From positions 60,452,001 to 60,516,000 of the forward strand of contig NC_087436.1 in NCBI RefSeq assembly GCF_036321535.1: a DNA stretch of 64,000 nt, written 5' to 3'. The DNA comes from Camelus dromedarius (lineage: Eukaryota). This document shows positions 53,150-64,000 of this stretch, in pieces (position 1 is the stretch's first letter; the number at the start of each line of letters is the position of its first letter). Position numbers and translations under genes: made by a program. Below the pieces are notes generated by a model. It was not told the origin of the DNA. It made no database searches and was given only the letters and a program-made list of their open reading frames with translations.

Positions 53150-55625
53150 ACACTTTATTTTTTAATAACGTTTTGAGTTAACAGAGAAACTAAGAAGTAC
53201 AGAAGTTCCCATGTACCCCTGGCCCCACACATGCATAGCCTCTCCCATCACCAACATCCTTCACCAGAGTGGTGCATTTGTTACAACTGTTGAACCTGCA
53301 CTGACACATCATAGTCACCCACAGTCCAGGGTTCGCTCTTGGTGTAGTACATTCTGTGGGTTTGGACAAATGTATAATGCCATGTAGTCATCATTATAGT
53401 ATCATATAGAGTATTTTCACTGTCCTAAAAATCCTCTGTGCTCTGCTTATTCATGGCCTTCCCCCAGCCCCTGGCAACCACTGATCATTTTTCTCTCCAT
53501 AGTTTTGTGTTTTTCCAAAATGTCATATCATTGGAATTATATAGTATGTAGCCTGTTCAGACTGACTTCTTTCACTTAATAATATGCATTTAAGGTTCTT
53601 CCATATATTTTAATGGCTCATATTTTTATTGCAAGTAATATTCTACTGTCAGCTGATTTCTTTTTAGTGCCAAATAATATTCCATTGTCTCGATGTAACA
53701 GTTTGTTTATCCATTCACCTCCTGAAGGATATCTTGGTTGCTTCTCAGTGTTGGCAGTGATGAATAAAGCTGCTATAAACATCTGTGTACAGATTTTTTT
53801 GTGGACATAAGTTTTCAGCTCCTTTGGGTAAATATCAAGGAGCACAATTGCTGGGTCAAATGGTAAAAATACATTTACTTCTTTTAAGAAGCCATCAAAC
53901 TGTCTTCTAAAGTTGCTGCACCATTTTGCGTTTCTCCCAGCAATCAATGAGAGTTCTCCTTGCTCTGCATCCTTGACCACATGTTCTGAATTTTGGCCTT
54001 TCTAATAGGTGTCTAGTGGCATTTCATTGTTATTTTAATTTGCATTTCCTTGATGATATAGAATGTGGAGTATCTTTCAGATGCTTATCTGCTGTCTGTA
54101 CATCATCTTTGGTGAGGTGTCTGTTAAGGTCTTTGGCCCATTTTGTAAGCAGGTTATTTGTTTTCTTATTGTTGATTTTAAGAATTCTTTGTCTATCTTG
54201 GATAATAATTCGTTTTCAGATGTATCTTTTGTAAATATTTCTTGTGTGTAGATTGTTTTCTCATTCTCTTGACATTGTCTTTCACAGGACTTTTTAATTT
54301 AAATGAATTCTGGCTTATTAATCATTTATTTCATAAAGCATGTCTTTAGTGTAACAGCTAAAAAGTTATTGCCATACCCAAGATTGTGTAGATTTTCTCT
54401 TATGTGATCTCCTAGGAGTTTTATAGTTTTGTACTTTTCATTTAGGGCTATGATTCATGTTGGGTTATTTACTTGTGAAGGGTGAAATTTGGTGTATAAA
54501 GTTATTTTTTGCATGTAGATATCAAGTTGTTCCAAACCATTTGTTTATAAGACTATCTTTGCTTCATTTTATTGCCTTTTTTCCTTTGTCAAAAAGAAGT
54601 TGATTATATTTATGTGGGTGTATTACTGGGCTTCCTTGATCTACTTGTTTATCCTTTCACCAATATCGTACTGTCTTGATTATTGTAGCTTCGTAGTAAG
54701 TCTTGAAGTTTGAGAGTGTCAGTCCTCTAACTTTCTTCTTCATACTGTGTTGGCTATTTTGGGCCTTTTGCCCCTCCACATAAACATTAGAATCAGTTTG
54801 TCAATATCCACAAAACAACCTTTGGAGATTTTGATTGAGATTACATTGAACTATAAATCACATTGGGAAGAGCTGACATCTTGATACTGTTGAGTCTTCT
54901 ATCCATGAACATGGAGTATCTCTCCATTAATATATTTCTTTGGTTTTGTTCATCAGTTTTGTAGTTTTCCTCATATAGGTCTTGTATATATTATGTTAAA
55001 TTTATACTCAGTTTTTTTTTTTTTTGGTGCTAATGTAAATGATATTGTGTTTTCAATTTCAAGTTCCACTTGTTCATTGCTGGTATATAAGAAGGTGATT
55101 GACTTTTTAACCTTGTATCCTGTAACCTTGTGATAATAACTTATTAGTTCCAGGAGAGTCTTTGTAGATTCTTGACAGTTTTTTTTTTTTTTCTCAATTT
55201 GATACATTTTATTTCCTTGCCTTATTGCATCAGCTAGGGCTTCCAGTATGATGTTGAAAGGAGTGAGAGGGGATATTCTTGCCTTGTTCCTGGTGTTAGT
55301 AGGAAAGCTTCTACTGTCTCGCTATGAAATATGATGTTAGCTATAGATTTTTTTTTATCAAGTTGAGGAAGTTCCCCTCTATTTCTAGTTCACTGGGAAT
55401 TTTTATCACAAATAGATGTTGGATTTTGTCAAATGCTCTTTCTGCATCTATTAATATGATCATGTGATTTGTCTTTTTGAGCCTGTTGATGTGATGAATT
55501 ACTTAATTGATTTTCAAATGTTGACCAGCCTTGCATAAGTATGATAAACCCCACTTGATTGTGGTGTATAATTCTTTTTATATATTGTTAGATTTGATTT
55601 CTTAATATTTTGTTGAGAATTTTTG
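53150..55625 (-). mobile_element. LINE-1 (L1MC-like) ORF2 3' half and 3'UTR, antisense in SNCA intron 2
   Basis: Track peptides 53618-53980 (LPFDPAIVLLDIYPKELKTYVHKKICTQMFIAALF) and 54971-55207 are L1 ORF2p-like; L1MC-type 3'UTR at 53170-53600. Confidence 0.92.
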
Positions 55626-56770
55626 TAAAGTACACTTTTATACATAGGAGACATCTTTATTATTGTCAAATAGACACTCCAACAGAATAATTATTTTGTC
55701 AATGTATTTTCTTTTTATCATTTCACCCTTCGTTGCAAGAACTGTTATCAATAGCGAGCTTGAAAGATTAGAAATGACTAAAGAAAAATTTTTAGTTTCA
55801 CTTATGGCTGAAGAAATTTGGCACATTATTTTCATAAGCCTCATGAGAAATAATCTCATTCCTTTATATTATTATACTTTTGATAACTATCTCTTAATTA
55901 TTTGAAGAACTACTGTAAGAACCAGTGCTATTTTGTCTTTTTTTTTCCCTTTTGTGATATCTTTGTACACAAAATTTTAATCAAAATACTTCAATTTAAT
56001 GGACAAAATTTTTTTTTCAATCAAATGATTTAGAAATTATAAATTGAGAGTCAAATTCAAAAGTGGAAAAAGGTTAATTCTCTTTATAGAATGCCAAGTA
56101 ATATAACAGTAAAGGCAATAAAATGATCTTTAAAACTCTTCTAAAGCCACTTTACTCAATAGGCACCAGTGGTCAAGATTGTGGATTGAAATTATATTCC
56201 TAAATCACAATATACTTCACCTGTACCATATTGAGAAGTCAACATAACATGCACAGCAGTATAACTGAGTTATTGCAACTCCCAGGCATTTCTGACCTTC
56301 TTCATTCTGCAGCCTTGTAAAGTCATGAGAGACAAGTTGGGATGGGTGTGGGCCACCTCTGCTCAGGAAAGCCATCAGATTTAGTGTCCCTTCAGCTATA
56401 TATATATATATACACACACATGTATCCTGCTAGTCACACAGCCTCTTGGCCCCTATTTTGTGGCATATCTTTTCAACTACAGATTGCTCATCAATTAAAG
56501 GTTAATCATGAATAACATGTACTCATGAACAATTTTGACAGCCAAAACAAGGTGATGGGTTTGATACAAAGCAACCTCATCAAGACTTTGATGTATCTTT
56601 GATTCAGGATACATTCCATGATTTAGTCAAAGATCAAATTATCAGGATAACTGAGGCAGAGAGGAAAGACCACAGGCCACTGTTAAACATTCCTTTCTAC
56701 TAGTCATTTTTAAAAATAAGGGATGCAGGGAATGGCAGGTGGGCAGTAATAAGAAATACTCTCTTAAATA

Positions 56771-57846
56771 GAGGCTTCTCTCACTTTGCATAATCCAGTA
56801 TGCATGAATTTCAGTTACCACAGTTAGTTAAATAACACCAGTCCCTAACAACATTTCAATTTCTATTACCACAGCTTATAAACTGAGTGATTATATAAAG
56901 TACAAACTTTGCTCCTAGCTCCTCAGCCCACAAATCACTACATAAATACCAGAAGCTCATTATGATCCACGATCAAATTACATCACTCCTTTCAAAAGTT
57001 GTTGGTGATCAGACACTGCACATCTGTTATTCAGTTCAGACAGACAGCAAAGCCCAGAGTTGTATTGCCGCCTTTTCTTCCAGTGATAAACACACATGAT
57101 ATTTTATTAAAATGCATAATTGAAAGAGGAAATTGGCACCCCAAAATGAATGTCCAGCAAATAAAGTGAAAAATCCTACAAGTAAAATTTGAGGCAAACT
57201 TAAACTTATTTATAGGAAAAGTAGCTGACTGTAGGAATGTCGACACTGCTCCCATTAAAGAGACTGTAGAAGTGCAGCCAGAGGAACTTACTGAAGGTGC
57301 AGGTATCAATAGAAATGGAGAGTATGGTTGTGATTAATAGGGAGAAGATGTCCCAGAGGAAGTGGTCCACATAAACACTTCACATTGAAGGAACTACCAG
57401 AGATATATTGTGACATTAAAAGTACAAAAGCTAAGATTTTGGAAACTGACCCAAATTTACAAAAGAGTATGACAAATTTTTAAGACCTAGAAAAGATGTT
57501 CAGCACAATATCGAAAGTTAAACAATGAGAAGAAAAACACTGTTTAGACTACTCAATAAGTTTTTTTTTAGAAAGAAACACTTTAATTCTCAGTATTTTA
57601 AATTACAGTATACAAAATAAATATTAGTTATATTAGCTTTTAATTTCCCTATAATTTATAAATAACTAGGAGAAGTTTTAATGTTTTTGACAAAAAATTT
57701 TAAAGGCCATGGAACAACAGTGATTTTTATTGCTGATTAATCAGAATTTTCCTCATTGATTATTAAGATCACTTTCTATAGCTTCATCTCAGCTTGTATG
57801 CAGTCATTTTCTGATCCACAATACTATGCAAAGTGATCATTGCCTG
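56771..57846. mobile_element. TcMar-Tigger DNA transposon remnant (Tigger13a/MER82-like) in SNCA intron 2
   Basis: TIRs gaggcttctctcactttgcata / tatgcaaagtgatcattgcctg; TA at the left flank; internal cttcacattgaaggaact...ttggaaactgacccaaattta transposase-tail-like text. Confidence 0.75.
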
Positions 57847-58497
57847 AAACACACACACACACACACTCACATCATATTGCATACATGTAAAATACCATCC
57901 TGTATCCTTTACTATGTTTAACAACTGCACAACTTCATTTATATGAATTTGTGACATGGTGATTTGTCCCTTGTTTTAAACTGAAAATCACTTTACAAAT
58001 ATTATATAAGAAGAAGAATAGCAGGTATCACTAAGTATTTACTATGTACTAAATACTGTTTTAAGGACTGTACATGTATTATTTCCTTTGATCTTCATGC
58101 TGATTGTATGACGTGTATTTATTATGCAGTGAAGTGAAGATTTAAAGCCAGAAAAATCAGAATACAGAGCTGCCTTTCCTCACTACAAAGCTGTAGTTTG
58201 TTTTATGTTATATATTTATTAGAAGTCCTTAAATGTATTCAAGTTGGAAATTCTTAGATATATTTAAATTGCTTTATCAAATGTAGAAACTTTTCTTGAC
58301 TGTTCTGTGAAGTGTAAGTTTAAGAATAATGCATGCAAATTTTACTTAATGCCATATTTATATATTTTTATAAAAAATTCAAAGAACATTTACAATATGA
58401 TCTTATATATTTACTTAAATCATCTTATAGATCATCATATTATTTAAATCATAGGTATGTACTTCTAAATAAATTTGGAACTAGAAACTGCCTCAGA

Positions 58498-58695
58498 CCA
58501 ATATTTCTCAAATTTGATCCATGAATTACCTGCATTAGATCATGAGGGTTATTAAATATGCAAATATCTGTACCTGTTATTTACTGAGTATTGAAACTTT
58601 AACTCAGTAGTCAACATTTTTTAACCTTACTGCCACCCAATTGATTCCGCTGCCACCCAGCTGATTCTGCTGTACTCTCCAGTTTAAGAACCAGC
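58498..58695. mobile_element. MER5-like hAT fragment with an internal 20-nt tandem duplication (58630-58672)
   Basis: caatatttctcaaattt...ttattaaatatgcaaat...ccagtttaagaaccag; ctgccacccaattgattccg / ctgccacccagctgattctg. Confidence 0.55.
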
Positions 58696-59209
58696 TTCTT
58701 AGTGATTATTTAATTAATCCTATGTATTCATTTTATTGATATGGCAACTGAGGCTCTCTTACACTTTTTTCCTTGGTTGTAAAATGTGTTTACAGTTATT
58801 TCACTAGTATACTATACTTATAAAGCTTATAAGGCTTTATAAATCAGTGCATTTTTAAACTGAAGATGGGTAACTATCTTAATATCCAAATAGAGGTTTA
58901 AATCATTTCCCAATTTTTAAATCCTAATTTCCTCATATTCTTCTCTGTCTAATAGAACAACTTTATTTGACTTATAGGGTAGTTTTCAAGTAAATCTTCA
59001 ATTTGTTGTCATTTTTTCCAAAAATAGTTTATTAAACAACTGCTATGAATTACACTGAAAAATCCAACACTAGAGAGTTTATGAGTAAAACTGTTCACAA
59101 ACTTAGTTTTAATGACACATGTTAATAAATTATTTATGTATATCTTGCCCCTTCTTGAAGCTAGCATTAGTCACACTTGAATGGTAAAACACTATCCTTC
59201 TAAAGGTTT

Positions 59210-59420
59210 TCCTGGCTTAGTGGAAAGAATATAGGCTTAGGGTCACAGAGCCCTTAATTTGAATGTGCTTGTAGTCAGTTATTACTTGTGTGACTTTAGG
59301 CAAATCATGTAATTTAACTTGTAATTTCTTCATATCTAATAAAATGGGCATAATATAAAATGGTTATTACAAAGATTAAATGAGATGAGATACGAAATAC
59401 CTTTTACATAATAGGAATTT
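59210..59420 (+). mobile_element. MIR SINE remnant
   Basis: agtggaaagaatataggctt...ttacttgtgtgactttaggcaaatca...aaaatgggcataata...aagattaaatgagat. Confidence 0.7.
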
Positions 59421-59857
59421 GTTGTTACTGTTCACCCCTTCTCTCCCTCCCCCTTCTATTTGTGTTTCACGAGTTAACTATTCTCTTTTGTACTGTACTT
59501 TAGTAAAGCTTCTGCAGTTCTGAATCCAAAAATCACCTTCCCAGATAGTCCCAGTGTTATCTCACCTTTTTCTCCCTTCTGTAAATTGGTATGTGGTGGG
59601 ACACAAGGAGTTGAAAAGTCATTTTTGTGGCTGAAAATTATAATTGGAGAGCATCGTGTTAGTTTTGCTTTTTTCTGTGTGTTGTAGCAATTACTGGATT
59701 TCTTTGTTTTAGGTTTTGTGCCCCCTTAGGATACCTTAATATAAGGGGTTCTGAAGACTGAGATTTTGTTTTTGCCTTAGACATATTTAAAAGCAGCTCA
59801 CCAGCAGCCTGCGTGGCCAGTTTGAGACTTATATTTTGAATTTGTTTGTTTTTATAG

Positions 59858-59899
59858 GCTCCAAAACCAAGGAAGGTGTGGTTCACGGTGTGACAACAG
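59858..59899 (+). CDS. SNCA: Alpha-synuclein exon 3 (42 nt, residues 41-54)
   Basis: tttgtttgtttttatAG | GC TCC AAA ACC AAG GAA GGT GTG GTT CAC GGT GTG ACA ACA G | GTAAGC, giving (G)SKTKEGVVHGVTT; phase 1 joins exon 2 in frame. Confidence 0.99.
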
Positions 59900-60769
59900 G
59901 TAAGCTTTGTGGAACTTATATCCAGGGATGATATTGAAAATATCTAGCAAGCAGTGCAGCCCAGCACTGCTTATTCAGAATGTAATTGTAGACAACCACA
60001 CTGCCCATAGAGGAGCATTCTAAGAGAACAGCAGCTTCGTTTAATCTTGATTCATTATTAAATAGTTTTAAATGGATATTTGTTATAAATAAATAAAGCA
60101 CAATGTATGTAACTGTAAGAAGGAAGACTGAATTGACCAGTTTTATTGTTTAATTTTCATTGTAGTAGTTTAATTTATAGTAGCCTTTTAGTCTTCGGAC
60201 CAACTTAATGTTCTGGCAAACTGACAGCATAGATATCATATAAGGATTACAATCCAAAGGATGAAAGCAAAATTTTCTGTAGAGTACAGTGAAATATTCT
60301 GACATTAAACTATGCTAATTATAATATTTCCTTGATGATTCAGAAGACATTTCAAGAAACACCCTTAGGATGATCAGTAAATTATTATTGTATTTATCTC
60401 TATTTGGCCTAATTTCACCAAGAATTTGAATAGATTTAGAAGAAGATTACAATAAATGAATAGCAAGAATGATGAAAATTATGGTGGTGATGATGAAGAA
60501 GAGGAGGAGGATAGTGATAGAAATAGAAAAATCTAGGGAGAATCAAAATTTAACAACCTTAAAAGCCCACAGACTTGCTGTAACTGAGTTTCTTGTTGCA
60601 TGTACTCCAAGCTTCCTGACAGGTTTGGTGAAATAAGAGATAATAAAAAAATGTAATTCCTATGATCAGAAGACAGTAAACATAATAGTGCTTCCGAAAG
60701 TAACATGCTCCTACATTGCTGAATTATAAAATAGAAATTGGGAAAATCAAACAGGAATATTAATACAAT

Positions 60770-60950
60770 ATTGTGGTAAAGACCATAAACACTGGAGACA
60801 GACTTCTCTAGTTCGAATTTTTGCATATCCCTTACTAGCTGTGTGAATTTTCTTCAAGCTTCATAACCTCTATGTGATTTAGTTTCCTCTTCTGTAAAAG
60901 AATTAAGTGGATTAATATATATATAAAGTACCTAGAATACTGAAGGCAAA
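60770..60950 (+). mobile_element. MIR SINE remnant
   Basis: cttactagctgtgtgaa...taacctctatgtgatttagtttcctcttctgtaaaa. Confidence 0.65.
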
Positions 60951-62123
60951 TAGTTGCTATTACTTTACAGTGAATCTATCTTGAGAACATTTTTACAGCT
61001 AGTAGAGAAAAGCCTTTATATGACTATTTTATGCATATTTTTATTTAAAAAGCTAGGCTATAAAATTAAAACAGAACTGTTGAAACAGATTCTAGCTAGA
61101 AGCTAAATTAAAATGTGCAGTTTACATTCGCTCTGTTGCAATCCTAGATGTATATAAACTGCCTTCTAGGGGCCTTTTGTACATGTGATGTTATAAAGCC
61201 TGATTTCTATAAGAACTGGCTATCAGACAGTTGTAGACTATGCTGTTTGAAGAGGGCCTCCCTATATTAATGATTTTCCATTTTAGTAGTCGAAGGAGAA
61301 TCCGTGTGGTGAGAAAGCAGATAAGCATGTTGCAAGTTTCAGAGCCTGTGGCAAAAATTAAAGAACATAACCAATACTGTCATCTAATAGAGGCCTGGAG
61401 ATGGGCTGCAAGGATAACTGCTGACAAAGTTAGAATTTTTTTGAGTCTTCTTCAGAATGACGGAATGCAAACATGGGTTTAGGGGGCTGAGAGTGATGCG
61501 TGTGTGTGTGTGTGTGCACACATGCATGCATGTCCTGGCACAGGTGACTGAAGTTTGTACAATAAGAATTATTTTGCAAATTGTTTTCTGAAAAACAGTA
61601 GCCCACCAGCTAAAGTTTCCCTGGTTTTATAATGCTGGAAAACTTTGCAAATCATGTCTTCCTTTTAGCATATTAAGGAATCTGAGTTCTTCTCCATTTA
61701 ATACATTTGCATTATTTTATTTAACCCAGGATTTCGCAAACTTATTTGACCTTTTTAAAATAGTTATTAGGGTTGAATTAAACTAATGTTCCCCAGAGTA
61801 CTATGGAAAAGCCACTAAGCAGGGAGACCATGATAATTTTGGTGTGGGCAATATTTACAGCCATTGTCCCCATCAGCCACCCTTACAGTAGTAAAGTATC
61901 AAAAATGTTGTCATAAATAGTCTGCCTATGAAAATTGCATTGGAATCAGTCAGCTGCAATAAGTATCATTCCTCTCTCATAACAGATAAATGAATTATTT
62001 AATTTGTTGAGTAGAGTTATTTAATATAAAATTCCAGATTCAAATTATAAGGATAAATAGATAGTTTAAGGTAATTACCTCAGTGGTTAAGGAGAGAGAG
62101 AATTAGTTACTTATTATACTTTT

Positions 62124-62179
62124 TTATTATAGGTAAAATGTTTATTATAGGTACATAATGCTTATTATAGGTACATAAT
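62124..62179. repeat. Three-copy ~18-20 nt tandem repeat
   Basis: ttattataggtaaaatgt / ttattataggtacataatgc / ttattataggtacataat. Confidence 0.85.
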
Positions 62180-64000
62180 AAATACTAAATAATTGTTATT
62201 ATTGTCATTACTCTTAAATCAGGGAAGTGAGAAACTGTTACAAAGTATATAACATTATCAGTTAATGTTAAAAGAAAAAATTCTTAAGATTCATTTCATT
62301 AACTATTTTTGCAGAAGTATAGACATTAGTAAACTTAGTAAGGCCAGGAGTTTTATACCTACAATACCCAGGGAAGATTAATTCTCCTAGCTAGATAATC
62401 TCAAGATAAAATCCAGGAAACCCTACCTTAATCCCTGGCTTTTTGATTTCAGGACATTATTATTTGAGTTGTCAATGCATCACATTATAAGAAAATACAA
62501 CAGTGTACTTAATCTGGACTTATTGAATGACGTGTCTTTGAAGGTGCTTTAAAAAATACATTTTGATATAAGCTTACTCATTTTTTCCCTCCAAAATGTA
62601 TGACGTAAACAAATTCCTATTATTGGAGAAATTCTGCCGGCTTTGATTCTTATAAGCAGGAATTTATTATATGATAATGAACACAGTTAATTTTCAACCT
62701 GTAATAGCTTAAACTTCCTTGTTAAACTACTTTAAAATATAAATTTATTTTCCTCAAATCTGTCATTTGATACCAATTCTAAACTAGATCTTCCTAATTT
62801 TATAATTTTATTACTTTAAAATTATAGGTACATTTTACAAGTTTAGATTTACTGTATCTATTCTAAAAGTTGGTGCCACATTTCCTTTTTGGAATTTGAT
62901 TGTTAATTAGACTGAAATATAAATCTAATTATTGAAGTTAATGTGTAAATTACACATATAGACAAAATTTCTTTTAATGCATTCAAAATTATTATCTACT
63001 GTGAAATAATATAAAGAAAAATAAAACAGGGTCTCTCATTCTAATGAACTCAAAACATACTGGTGGAGGTGGATAGACATACTGGGAAATGAAGTACTAT
63101 GGTGCAATGTAAAATGTTCAATAGTAAAGACATACCGAAAATGTTATGGCATCACAGGTGGAGGAAGAAGGACACCTGTTGAGGGGAGAGGTTTTTAACA
63201 TGGATTTTGACATTTGAGGTGGATTTTAATAAAGTGTTTGAATTTGCTGAAGAAACAGAGAACTTTCTAAGAGGGCTTCTGGCCAGATGGACCTGCAAAA
63301 TGGGAAAGATTGGAACATTTGGGAAAAGGTAGTGAATTAAAATATGCTATCAATTGGTTAAATGTATCTTTTTGATCCTGGTTATAAGGTCTTGTCCCTT
63401 AAATACCATTTATCAGATTCAAAATGCAGTAATTTGAGTGTATCTCCTCTCCTTTTGTTTTGTCACTCTTTTGTGTGGAATGTCAGTGAGCAGAGAAAGA
63501 ATGTAAAAGGCTTTAACGTGGGAAAATAAGGGCTCAAGGTTAGTAGATACCCCACTAGATAAATCAGGTCCCACAGGGATCTTTAAGTATGTGTCTGTCA
63601 TTGCTGCTTGTACACTGCCATTTTGTAATGTAACTAATTTGCTTACTCTTAAAATGATAAAATTTAATGAAATTATAATAAAGTACAAAGTGCATTTTAT
63701 TGTGCAGTTGATGTGTGTTATAAAAAGTATATACATATATAAAACTAGAATTGTTAAAGTTTCATGTCTGGCAGAAAAATGAATCTGTAAAAAGATCAAA
63801 ATTTATTTTTGTCTTTGAGATTTTGTAAGAAGAAAATGTTCACTTTCAAGTAAAATTTTCTATTCATGTTTTTAGAAAAAAAAGAGAACTTAAAGCCCAT
63901 AATTCTCTATTTTTAAAGCATCAACATTCTGGAAATGTTTAAAAACATGAGATTTCCAGTACTGCTTTTCACCGGCATTTAAATTGAACTTTGCATTGGG

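Noticed and set aside
61747..61754. NBRE (AAAGGTCA, minus strand) as a Nurr1 site in intron 3
   Set aside because: A single 8-mer is expected by chance in 64 kb, and it lies in probable hAT-derived sequence
59900..64000. SNCA exon 4
   Set aside because: No VAEKTKEQV-coding sequence seen; the window ends within intron 3

Overview
This is AT-rich, repeat-laden mammalian genomic DNA, most likely from a camelid, because two truncated SINE copies match the camel/alpaca tRNA-derived SINE 3' end as I recall it. The window holds the 5' half of the alpha-synuclein gene SNCA on the + strand. That comprises a CpG-rich promoter with several alternative non-coding first exons (~48.4-49.9 kb), coding exon 2 (ATG 50998, residues 1-40) and the 42-nt exon 3 (59858-59899, residues 41-54). 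Exons 4-6 lie beyond the right edge. The upstream 48 kb is intergenic DNA toward the divergent neighbour MMRN1 (assigned by synteny), with a possible distal non-coding exon near 7.9 kb, and is filled with L1, L2, MIR, LTR and DNA-transposon remnants. No ORF in the supplied track looks like a real gene, and the true SNCA exons are absent from it. The most notable observations are Leu at the usually conserved Phe4, loss of the CAGUGU IRE-like loop at the exon 1/2 junction, a strengthened competing +4 splice donor, a ~180-bp-arm inverted repeat at 33.2-34.0 kb, and a duplicated mini-LTR at 25.3 kb. I see no evidence of a new multi-gene system. Repeat family names and human comparisons are from memory, not from searches.
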